A stretch of 63,931 bases of DNA, counting the filler, from Octopus bimaculoides (taxonomy: Eukaryota), in the NCBI RefSeq assembly GCF_001194135.2. It is 3 parts of 3 records of this genome, joined end to end, with 100 filler letters (N's around TTAATTAATTAA, not from the genome) between each part and the next. Parts side by side here need not be neighbours in the genome. Positions count along the whole stretch, not along the records: positions 1 to 29,819 come from NC_068985.1; 2 more parts are not named here. One strand, 5' to 3'. The notes under the pieces were generated by a model that ran no database searches, was not told where the DNA came from, and worked only from the letters and a program-made list of their open reading frames with translations. The translations under genes and the position numbers were made by a program. This document shows, in pieces, positions 1-12,121 of the stretch. How positions within the stretch are numbered: the first letter of the stretch is position 1; each line of letters opens with the position of its first letter.

Positions 1-535
1 GAATGAAAATAACGACCTGTAGATTGGAAATCATCATCTTCATCATAGTTTTAACATCCACATTTTATTAGGTTTCATGAGTCTGGCAGAATTCATCCAT
101 ATAGATATTTGTTAAAGTTTAAGGACTTAATGTGTTTCCTTGGTCTTTAGACACCTATGGAAAGACAATTGGAGCTAAACAACAATAACTGTAATAGTAA
201 CAACAATAACCACAAAAGTCAAAGTCAATGCTGCTGCTGCTATTGGTGCTGCTGCTGCTGCTGAAGCTACCGGTGGTGCTGGTGCCACTGCCACTGCTAA
301 CCAACCATTATTTCAAAAAAGATAGATCCCAGTAATTCACCTTGAAAAACAAAACAATGATAAATCTAAAAACAACTGTTAAGGGCTCTGGTTTGAGATA
401 AAACAGAGATAACAAGCCTGTGATCAGGATGCTTGTCTGTTTCAGCTCACATTAACAGAGGATCTACTAACTTATTTCCAACAGCTACACAAACTCAATA
501 TGCTGCCTCGTATAAAATAAATAATAAGAACTAAC

Positions 536-569
536 CATGCTATCTCCACAATGTTTTTCTGCTTGAAAT
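536..569 (-). CDS. 34-nt exon type A, unit 1: (K)FQAEKHCGDSM, phase 2->0
   Basis: Minus strand ctttcttttgcag|ATTTCAAGCA...GATAGCATG|gttagt; homologous to 7497-7530 and 18246-18279. Confidence 0.8.
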
Positions 570-3500
570 CTGCAAAAGAAAGAAAGGAACACATATAATG
601 ACTATCATCATCAACATCATGATCATCATCATTTTTATGTCTCTAGACAAAGATAAACATCATAAGATGATAACTTTTTGTACAACTTCATCTTTAGACA
701 TGAATTCTCTTTTAATATTGGAACCTACATTTGGACTTCATTTCAATTAGTTTCATTTCTGAACCACATTACAAGTTTTATTCTTGGCTTAATGCATGGT
801 ACCAGACCATTAATATTTAGTAAAGACAGAAATATTGGTTTCAAATTTTGGCACAAGGCCTGTAATGTCAATTGGTACTTATTTTATCNNNNNNNNNNNN
901 NNNNNNNNNNNNNNNNNNNNNNNNNNNNNNNNNNNNNNNNNNNNNNNNNNNNNNNNNNNNNNNNNNNNNNNNNNNNNNNNNNNNNNNNNNNNNNNNNNNN
1001 NNNNNNNNNNNNNNNNNNNNNNNNNNNNNNNNNNNNNNNNNNNNNNNNNNNNNNNNNNAGAAATATCGATCTGATGTCACTTCTGGCCTTACTAATTGCA
1101 TTATTGGTAAGACGTATATGTCCTGATTCTTTGATTCTCATGAGTTTCCCACTTTGGAATTACGAAATCTTCATTCTATAGCATTATATTCATTCATTTC
1201 TCACTCCATATGTATTAAAATGTTTATTCTATCATTAACGCTTTTCAATATTCTTCCATCCCAACCTTTAGAACCTCTCAGTGTTTCGTGTACAAGGCCT
1301 TCCATAAATGCAGTTTTACTGTTCCAACTGAAACAATGCAGATGGAGATGCATAAAATATACATTTTCATCTCAAAAGATGAAGTTAATAATCTGAAAAT
1401 CTTATAATCACATCTGCAATAACTCATCTCAAATATTTATAAGAGTGTAATGGGTGCTTTTGCTTGCCACCTGAACGGTTGCTATTTATGTATCACTGGA
1501 TTGCTTTTATGTGCCAATTAACATGATACCGGTATTTGCTCAAACACAACATAATGCCAAAGATCTTGGACATAGCCTCATTTGATCAGGATAAAATATT
1601 GCGATTGATTTGCGGTGCAACTAGGGCCAAAGACTAACCTCACAGAGGCTAGAGTCATAGAGGTGATTAAAGCACTCAAGTGTGGCAAGGCAGATGAAGT
1701 GGATGAGATGTTAAGAAAAATAAAAAGAGAAGGTATTCTCTGGTTGATTTGTGTATAGCATGGACTTCTGGAAGGACACCAAAACAATGGCAGTCTGGGG
1801 TGATGATCCCAATTTTGAAAAAGGGAGAGAAAACTCAAGGAAACAAATGTCTGCACTCGGAATTCCTTGATTTGTATATGTGTTATTCCTTGTTTCTGTT
1901 CTGGGTTGATATAAAAACTATAAAAGTTACATGACAAGGACTTATTGAAATTAAAATAGTAGTAGTAGCAGCAGCAGCAGGCATCCGTCGGTCTTGAGCA
2001 GCCATGGATTTGCATCCAAAGAAATCATGTCCGCTGCTGATGGTGGTGCAGCGCCCGTGTTGGCTGTACAGGCCCACACGGCAGTGGCAGTCACAGATAC
2101 AGCGACTGCATTTGAAGGAGCTGATTTTTCCATCTGTCGAATGCACTTTTCTTTGATGGTGAGCACCAGTTCTTCTGCCACGTTCTTCATTCCCTCTCAC
2201 AGTATTTGCCTCCAGTGTGGGTGATCATTTGAAACTTGTTCGTGTTTTCCTTGTATCGTCTATCTGGATGTTTTGTCCCTTTCTTGTATCACCTAACCGT
2301 CTGGATGTTTTGTCCCTTTCTTGTATCACCTAACCGTCTGGATGTTTTGTGTTCTTGTCCCATTCTGTATTCATCATCATCATCATCGTTTAACGTCCGC
2401 TTTCCATGCTAGCATGGGTTGGACAATTTGACTGAGGACTGGCGAACCAGATGGCTACAACAGGCTCCAATCTGATTTGGCAGAGTTTCTACAGCCAGAT
2501 GCCCATCCTAATGCCAACCACTCCGAGAGTGTAGTGGATCCTTTTAGTCAGGTGGTACTGGCAACGGCCATGCTCAAAATGGTGTATTTTACATGCTACC
2601 TGCACAGGAGCTAGTCCAGCGGCACTGGCAACAACCTCGCTCGTGATCACATTTATACCTGATGATCTCCTCATTTCAATAAGGTAAAAATCCAATAAAA
2701 ACAAAATTTAATACAAAAACTTACTTAGCTCCTTCTCTGTCAATACTTTTACGGTTGCACAGGTTGTTCCAAAGACTTTTGTAACCCTATAAATATTCAA
2801 AATGTAAGCACATGTTTAGACTTTATAATAAAATTAATGATTTAACATCTGTAGTTCTATTTTACCATGTTTTGATTGACTCTTCAATCAAACAGAATAT
2901 TGCCTAATTTCCTGAAGCAATTGGTTGTTTTGCTTCTCTACATCTACAGCAACATCAAATTTCAGATGTTTGATTCAAAAACAGACAGAAACATTGGAAT
3001 AATTCCAGAACATATTCTTTCAACCAACTTTGTACTGTAGGAAAATTAAAGTAATAATTTATAAACAATGCACAAGATCACACATTTTGTAGGAGTCTAG
3101 TTATTTGGCCACAGAACTCAACTAATAAAGGAATGTGGTTTACTACTTAGGGTTATAACTTCACAATTATAAAGTAATGGCTTTGGTTCCTGGACCAAGA
3201 GGTACATTATGCCCCTGAGTAAAACAGTTCAGTATATTTCCCTCCAGTCTACTTAGCTGACAATAAGCAACAAATGAGTGGTNNNNNNNNNNNNNNNNNN
3301 NNNNNNNNNNNNNNNNNNNNNNNNNNNNNNNNNNNNNNNNNNNNNNNNNNNNNNNNNNNNNNNNNNNNNNNNNNNNNNNNNNNNNNNNNNNNNNNNNNNN
3401 NNNNNNNCAGGTCATATTATTTTGTGTGAGATAGCTATGGGGTTATTTTTATGGGTTATTTTTCTAAATACTTGACTGATAATTTTTTTCTGAAATCAGA

Positions 3501-6500
3501 AAAGATGAAAGACGAAATTGACAAATCTGGGATTTAAAATCAGGCAATAATCCTCCACTTCATTAAAAGAAGTTGCAAAATATTCATCACATCTTGAACA
3601 AGAGAGAAAAAACGTTAAGAGATTTGGATATACTGGATTTTACAGTATCCAGATATAGTATTTGTGTAAGAAAAGAAGACAAAATGGTATCACTTTCAAC
3701 AACATTGCTCATTCAGAAATGACCTGTGATTAAGCCTTCCTGATTGAATGCTCCCATATCCAGCCTGAATAATCTAACTGTTGTATATTCACACGAACCG
3801 TATATGACAATATCATTTTCAAAATAAATACTCTCATCATTGAAGTTTTAAAGCCACAGGATAATGCATGATTAATTCAAAACAATGTGAAAAAATAAGC
3901 ATCAATGTTATCTAAGGAAAAGACAAAGGCCAATACAGTTTCACAGTATGGCTGTGAGAAGGGAAAGGGCAGGCTGAGATATCACAAGGCATCCAATCAG
4001 GTGTTTTAACAATCCTGGACTGCTACTGTTATTATCAAATTCCAAAAGGGAAAGGTAAATATAATTTCACTGGTATTTGAACTCAGAATGTAGACAAATA
4101 TCACAAAGCCTTCCACCTGATGCTCAAATCATTCTGTGAATATACTGCACTCTAAAAGAATCATATCAACTAACCTCACAGTCTTTGAAGTATCTCACTG
4201 CCAGCTTCCTGCAAAAAATATACAAACAAATTTTCATCACATCATCACAATCATCAGCTCACAAAAAACTGTTATTTTGTGTTTGTATATTTTAACATTT
4301 TAATCTAAATCTACAATTCATTTGAATAGGTCAAATCTTTAATTATCACCAGGTATCATGTTTGTTGATGTCTGTAGTGTATCAAACTGGAATATATTTG
4401 AATTATAAGTCTTTTGAAGACCTTCATCGATAATTAATCTTTAGAGAACGCTTAAGGTTTTTGCAGTTTTTTTCCTAAATGTATTTGAATGAGTTTTTAT
4501 GGACCTTTCTTACAATCCTTGCTCTTCCCAATGCAGCAGATTTCAGAATTGATGCAATTCTTGTAATTATACAAAACTCAATAAGGAAGCCTTTAAGTCT
4601 GTTGGTGACGACTGAGATTATTAATTGTTCTAAGTTAATATCTTTATTGTCCCTTAACATTGTGCCACCTTGCTTCTCCTTGCCTGGCTGACTGAGGTAG
4701 CCAAGTACCACCTCTATAATAAGACAACTATCTCTGCCTCTCTGTCATACACTAACCTCTTCCCAGGCTCACAGCCACATCCCTCCATTCCTCCCCTTCT
4801 CTCAACCAGGAGCCCTTTGTCTTGCAAGTCACTTGGCAACTCCACAGGTGCTGGTGCCACATGATGGTATCTGTGCAACTGCCATGTAGGAAGTTCCCAT
4901 GCTACTGCTACATAAAATGCGCTGAGTACACTCTGTAAAGTAGTTGGCATTAAGAAGGGCTTCCAGCAGCATTGACCATGCCAAAACATACAACTGGAGC
5001 CTGCTGGGGCCCTCCAGCTTACCATCTGTTTTCCATGCTAGCATAGGTTGGACTGTCTGACTGGAGGTGGCAAGGTGGAGAGCTGCAACAGGGGTCAGTC
5101 CCCTACTTTGGTAGGTTTCTATACCTGGATGCACTTCTTAATGCCAACCACTTTACAGAGTGCACTGGGTGCTTTTAAAGTGGCACCAGCAGAGATACAT
5201 CTTACATGGCACCAGGAATGGGGAATTTTAATTTTAATCAGAGTTTAAAACCTTTATTGTTCAATTCATTTCAATGTGAACTGGGGAAAGAAATGATCTT
5301 GAACTAAAAATTCCCCCCTTATTCTGTTCTGTGGGTGTATGGAATAGGCTTGAGCCTTTTGTCTTGCAGTTAAATACATACAAACAAAAATAGTGTATTA
5401 AAAGTTGCATAACCAGGACTTACTGAACTTGAAATAATGAACATATAGATTCCATGTTGTCTCATATCAACAATGTCATGGCTTCTCTTACTATTTCCTA
5501 CATTTATATTTCCTTATATCGTTATCATATTTATACAACACAATCTCCTCATAATTCAAAGTCAAAATCAAAGTTAAGCAGAATGTTATATATTCACTTA
5601 CTTGGCTTCCACAAGTCCAAAAGCTTCTAGATGAGCATCCACATCCAAGAGATAATATTTATACTTCTAAAAAAGTTTACAATAAAAGCATTTGTTGTGA
5701 CTTTATAATAAAAACACTGATTTGATATTAATAATTCTCTTTTGGACTGGTTTCGACTCTTCGATGAAACAAAACATTACCTGACTCACAGAAACACTTT
5801 TAAAAAAAGCTTATCCTTTTCTCTATACATTCTAACTTCCAGTAAAGAGCTGAAATCATTGACTGATGGGGGATATTACCTAACTTGAGAAGTGATGCAG
5901 TAAAGGGACGTAACATAATACTACATGGCACTTCATCTTGCATTGTCAACTGATTTTGATATACCTCTCTTAAAAAAAGATTCAATGCAGTCACTAAAAG
6001 ATAGCAGCAAATATCTCCCTTAAATCTTGCAAAAAACTAAAAGGTGTGGCTGTGTGTTAAGTCTATTATATGTAGCAAGTTTATATTTGAAAGGAGGAAT
6101 GGGTACTTCTCCTACCAACCACAAACTCTACCTCTGCCTATCACCTGATATGTTATGTGTTGTCTTATCAGACATGAAAAGATGAAAATCTATGTTGACT
6201 TCAGTATGATTTTGAATTCAAAAGGTCAACAATGGTGTTATGCTGTCATGTGATCTGCTCATCTATACCTTCATCAACTATCATTATCATCATCACTTAA
6301 CATCCGTTTTCCATGCTGGCATGCATTGGACAGTATGACAGGATCCGACCAGGCTCCATTTCTCCATTGAATTGCTAATTCAAACCAATTTACAGAGTGT
6401 AGTGGATGATCTTATGCAGCATCAGCATGGCTGTGTATACACGGCACCAGCACCCATAAGCCTCCAAGATTATGAATGCTCAGCTAGAGAAGGATACAGT

Positions 6501-9500
6501 GAGCATGCCTGTATGCAAGGACAACCCCACCTCTGCTTAGCTTGACATGTCTTGTCAAGCACAGCAAGCCACCAGGAGCCCTAGTCCCTGTCCTGTCATT
6601 CCCTCCGTGAGACCCAACATCTGAGGATCCTCTCTCACCACTTCATCCCACATCTTCCTGGGTCTACCCTTTCCGTTTTAAAAGTGTTTAACATAAGTTT
6701 TCCTGGAGGGGACGATTAGTTTCCATTTTAATTTGGTAAAGCTGTTTGTTGCTTGGCCTCAACATCTGAACGAAAAAACAAATGGATGGAGAGGAAACTG
6801 TTGATTAGGTCCAAATGCATGAAGGTGAGAGAATTGATGCTAAAGGCACCCAAGAAGCAGATGGTGGTGTTAAACTGGGTGGTATGTAAACCCTGTACCC
6901 AGTTTCCTGATAAAGCAAAGGAGTTTGATGAAAACCAAACAACTGGTCATCTTATGTCCATATGAATGAAAATAACGACCTGTAGATTGGAAATCATCAT
7001 CTTCATCATAGTTTTAACTTCCACATTTTATAGCTTTCGCGGGTTTGGCAGAATTTATTCATATAGATATTTGTTACAGTTTAAGGACTTAATGTGTTTC
7101 CTTGGTCTTTAGACACCTATGGAAAATCAATTGGAGATAAACAAAAATAAATGTAATAGTAAAAACAACACCCACAAAAATAACAATCAATGCTGCTGCT
7201 GCTAGTGGTGGTGGCACTACTACTGAAGCTGTTGGTGGTGCTGCTGCTGCTATCCCCACTATTCTAAAAAAGAAGACCCCAACAATTCACCTTCAAAACG
7301 AAAATGATGAAAAATCTAAAAACGACTGTTAAGGGCTCTGGTTTGAGATAAAATAGAGATGAGAGATAACAAGCCTGTGATCAGGATGCTTGTCTGTTTC
7401 AGCTCACATTAACAGAGGATCTACTAACTTATTTCCAACAGCTACACAAACTCAATATGCTGCCTCCTATAAAATAAATAAATAAGAAGAACTAACCTCA
7501 TTTTCAAAAAAATGTCTTTTTACTAGAAATCTGCAAAAGAAAGAAAGGAATACATATAATGACTATCATCATCAACATCATGATCATCATCATTTTTATG
7601 TCTCTAGACAAAGATAAACATCATAAGATGATAACTTTTTGTACAACTTCATCTTTAGACATGAATTCTCTTTTAATATTGGAACCTACATTTGGACTTC
7701 ATTTCAATTAGTTTCATTTCTGAACCACATTACAAGTTTTATTCTTGGCTTAATGCATGGTACCAGACCATTGATATTTAGTAAAGACAGAAATATTGGT
7801 TTCAAATTTTGGCACAAGGCCTGTAATGTCAATTGGTATTTATTTTATCAACCCTCAAAAGAAAGAAGATGACTTTGCTGAGATATAAACTCAGAATGTG
7901 AAGATGGACAAAATNNNNNNNNNNNNNNNNNNNNNNNNNNNNNNNNNNNNNNNNNNNNNNNNNNNNNNNNNNNNNNNNNNNNNNNNNNNNNNNNNNNNNN
8001 NNNNNNNNNNNNNNNNNNNNNNNNNNNNNNNNNNNNNNNNNNNNNNNNNNNNNNNNNNNNNNNNNNNNNNNNNNNNNNNNNNNNNNNNNNNNNNNNNNNN
8101 NNNNNNNNNNNNNNNNNNNNNNNNNNNNNNNNNNNNNNNNNNNNNNNNNNNNNNNNNNNNNNNNNNNNNNNNNNNNNNNNNNNNNNNNNNNNNNNNNNNN
8201 NNNNNNNNNNNNNNNNNNNNNNNNNNNNNNNNNNNNNNNNNNNNNNNNNNNNNNNNNNNNNNNNNNNNNNNNNNNNNNNNNNNNNNNNNNNNNNNNNNNN
8301 NNNNNNNNNNNNNNNNNNNNNNNNNNNNNNNNNNNNNNNNNNNNNNNNNNNNNNNNNNNNNNNNNNNNNNNNNNNNNNNNNNNNNNNNNNNNNNNNNNNN
8401 NNNNNNNNNNNNNNNNNNNNNNNNNNNNNNNNNNNNNNNNNNNNNNNNNNNNNNNNNNNNNNNNNNNNNNNNNNNNNNNNNNNNNNNNNNNNNNNNNNNN
8501 NNNNNNNNNNNNNNNNNNNNNNNNNNNNNNNNNNNNNNNNNNNNNNNNNNNNNNNNNNNNNNNNNNNNNNNNNNNNNNNNNNNNNNNNNNNNNNNNNNNN
8601 NNNNNNNNNNNNNNNNNNNNNNNNNNNNNNNNNNNNNNNNNNNNNNNNNNNNNNNNNNNNNNNNNNNNNNNNNNNNNNNNNNNNNNNNNNNNNNGAAACA
8701 AAGAAAAAACAAAACATGTTATTGTGAATCTGTGTAGTTTGGTAGAGTTTTAGAGTAATTAAGAATGAGGCCAGACTGGAGTTTATATTCTGGCGGTCCT
8801 TGTGGTCTAAATGGACACCATACAGATTCAAGAACGAAAGCTACATAACCTTCATAAAAGAGGATCACACCTTCAACAGGTCTGAGGTGTAGAATTCCAC
8901 TTGGGGCATTTGCTTGCTCATTTCCATATGCATAACAATTTGTCTCTTTGTTAAATATTATCAATTAAGCACCAAAGATAACCTTGCAGCATGTAGAGTC
9001 CATTGACTTTGGCTCTTGTTGTACATCACAAGAACGTATTCCCAAAGATGATCATGTCTCTGAAGACTGTTCCTTAGAATTCACTTTAGCCATATTCCTG
9101 ACAATAGCATCTGGCTACACTAGCAGTCTAGGCATGACTTTTTGTCAGAACATAAGGTATAGCAACTGAGAAGTGAAAACCATTTTAACTGACCAGCTGT
9201 GGCTACTTAACTCTTTGGCATTTAAAGCAGTTATATCCAGCCCGAATGTTCCATCTGATTTATGTTGAAGATAGCCAGATCTGACATTTCACACCTACCC
9301 TACAATCTCATTCTAAAAATAAACAAACATCTCATGAAATATGCAAAGCTACAAGATAAACCATGATCAATTCAAAATGNNNNNNNNNNTGCCATGCAGT
9401 AATTGAGGATATAATTTATATATTTTTTATGTTTGTTTTGGTCATCAGACTGCAACCATGCTGGGGCATTACCTTCAAGAATTTTGGTCAAAGGTATGAA

Positions 9501-12068
9501 CCCTTGAACATATAATTGAGTAAAGACAGAGAGAGATATGGAGGGTGGTAAGTGCCAGGGCATACCCATGAGGTTTGAAGGTCATAATATAAGTGGCAGG
9601 ATATTACCAAAGAAGCGTGATTAGAGAGTGGGGAGAAGTGAGAGGTGAAAGCTTGGGTGCATATACAGTGGGGAAGGGCTACCAGGTAGCAATGATACAG
9701 AGAAACAGGGCTGTGAGGACAAGATTGAGGAGAGAGAGGTAAACATAATGCCCAAAGGAGGATATATGAGGAAGAGATGTGAAGATGTAGATTGCTTTAT
9801 TGTGGTTGGGTGTGTGGAAAGGTTTATTGTTACATGTGAGTGGAGCACACAGGTCAGGGGCTAGTGGGTAGCAATGATACAGTGAGGAAGGAGGAAATGC
9901 AAAGAAGGGAAGAAGGTAGATTGACTTGTTAAAGTAGGGTGTGAGAAATGTTTTCTTGTTACACAGTGCTTCAAGATCTCAGTTTTGTAGACATGGGTAG
10001 GTCTTCTCAAGAACATCACATCACCAAACATTTCGGTCCATTGTTATTTCTTCTGTGAAGCCCAACATTCTCAGATCCATCCTTACCCCTTCATCCCATG
10101 TCTTCCTGGGTCTTCCTACTCTGCAGGTACCATCCGTTCAGTAACTAACACTTCCTTATGCAGCTGTCCTCATTCACACGCATCACATGCCCAGACCAAT
10201 TTAGTCTTCTCTCTTTTATGATACATTTCATTCTACTTATCCCCAACATTTCTCTCAATATATTTNNNNNNNNNNNNNNNNNNNNNNNNNNNNNNNNNNN
10301 NNNNNNNNNNNNNNNNNNNNNNNNNNNNNNNNNNNNNNNNNNNNNNNNNNNNNNNNNNNNNNNNNNNNNNNNNNNNNNNNNNNNNNNNNNNNNNNNNNNN
10401 NNNNNNNNNNNNNNNNNNNNNNNNNNNNNNTGTGCATGCACACTGATGTTGCACATCCACAAAAGCATAACACCTTCATTTCTCTCCAGTCTACGCATGT
10501 CTTTTGCATTCTGAGCTCGTGTCTCAATAACATGGAGTATAACCATTCACACACAAGCATCATACAACCTACCTTTCACTCTGAGAGAGAGACCTTTTAT
10601 TGTGAAAACAGGTAATAGCTCTCTCAACTTTCTCCATCCTATTCTTATTGTAGAATAGTTTCAAATCCTGGCACAAGGCCAGCAACTTCAGGAGAGGGCT
10701 AAGTCAATTACATTGCCCCCAACTGCTCAGATTTTACTTATTCTATCAAACGTGAAAGGATGAAAGTTAAAGTCAACCTCAACAGAATTTGAACTCAGAA
10801 TGTAGAGATGGACAAAATGCCACTAAGCAATATACCTGTTGTGCTAATGGTTCTGCCAGTTCACCAGATCATCATCTTTGTCGTTAAATGTCCACTTTAA
10901 TACTGCATAGGTTGGACCGTTTGACTGATGACTGGCAAACCAGGAGGTTGCACCAAGCTCCAATCTGGTCTGGAAAAGGTTTCTACACCTGGATGCCCTT
11001 TCTAATGCCACCCACTCCAAGAGTGTAGCAGGTACTTTTTATGTGCCACCGGCATGGGGGGCCAATCAAGCAGTACTGGCACTGACCACACAGAAATGGT
11101 GCTTTTCATGTGCCACCGGCACGAGAGCCAGTCAGGCAGCACTGACAAGGTACATGCTCGAACGGTGCTTTTTATGTGCCAGCGACTTGTGACCAGTCAT
11201 GGGGCACTGGCATTAACCATGCTCGAATGGCGTTCTTAATGTGGCATGGGTGCAAGTCAAGTAGTACTGGCATCAGCCACAACAATGATTTCACTTGACT
11301 CAGCAGGTCTTTTCAAGTACATTTTATTGCCCAATGATTGAAGGTTACTCTTAAATGGGCCAGTTACAGAAAACTGACATAGGCCACGGCTATGGTCTCA
11401 CTAGGCTCGCTGAGCCTTCTCAAGCACAGCATATCTCCAAAGGTCTTGGTCAGTTGTCAGTGCCTCTGTGAGGCCCAACATTCAAAGGTCGTGCTTCACC
11501 ACTTCATCCCAGGCCTTGCTGGGTCTTCTTTCTCCGAATGTTCCCTCCACTGTTACGGTGTGACACTTATTCACACAGCTATCCTCATCCATATGCTACA
11601 AATGACCATACCAGCACAGTTGTCTCTCTTGCCCACCACATCTGATGCTTTTTATGTCCAACTTTTCACTCAGGGTGTTTACACTATGCTATGTATGCAC
11701 ACTAATCTTACACATCCAGCAGAGCATACTAGCTTCATTTCTTGTAAGCTTACGCATGTCCTCAACAGTCACAGCCTATATTGTGACCAAAGTTATACAA
11801 CACAATCTCCTCATTTCAATTAAGTAAAAATCCAATTTAAACAAAATGTGATAAAAATATTTACTTAGCTCTGTCTTTGTCAATATCTCTATTGTCCAGT
11901 TCAATGCAAAAATCTCCGTAATCCTATAAATATTCAAAATGAAAACATATGTTTAGACTTTTATGATAAAATTAATGATTTAACATTGGAGCCTGGTGTA
12001 GCCATCTGGTTCGCCAGTCCTCAGTCAAATTGTACAACCCATGCTAGCATGGAAAGTGGACGTTAAAC

Positions 12069-12121
<53 letters not shown>

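Noticed and set aside
180-310. (GCT/GGT)n tracts giving poly-Ala/Thr/Val ORFs (also 7190-7260, 24130-24240, 29340-29410)
   Set aside because: Degenerate trinucleotide repeats in introns; stops occur in all frames from the candidate acceptor.
2263-2350. 37-bp tandem repeat, about 2.5 copies
   Set aside because: No spacers and eukaryotic context, so not CRISPR; a local slippage duplication in TE-derived sequence.
2860-3040. Apparent large minus-strand exon upstream of exon B (IKHLK..QNNQLLQE..)
   Set aside because: In-frame stops in all three frames in both copies (also 19350-19530).
4475-5025. Recurring ORFs (MVLGYLSQPG.., MLLLAWLTEVAK..) also at 15037-15497 and 25737-26197
   Set aside because: They recur only because the intron is duplicated. 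Starts and ends vary, part overlaps the (GAT)n-tailed repeat, and no consistent splice signals were found.
6740-6985. Possible signal-peptide exon (MTSCLVFIKLLCFIRKL) and terminal exon (DVEAKQQTALPN*) on the minus strand, also at 17780-17815 and 28910-29165
   Set aside because: Phases do not fit the flanking A (ends phase 0) and B' (starts phase 0) exons, the donor is weak, and the first part is deleted in the 17.9-kb copy. If transcripts did use them, the array would be separate small genes rather than one long gene.
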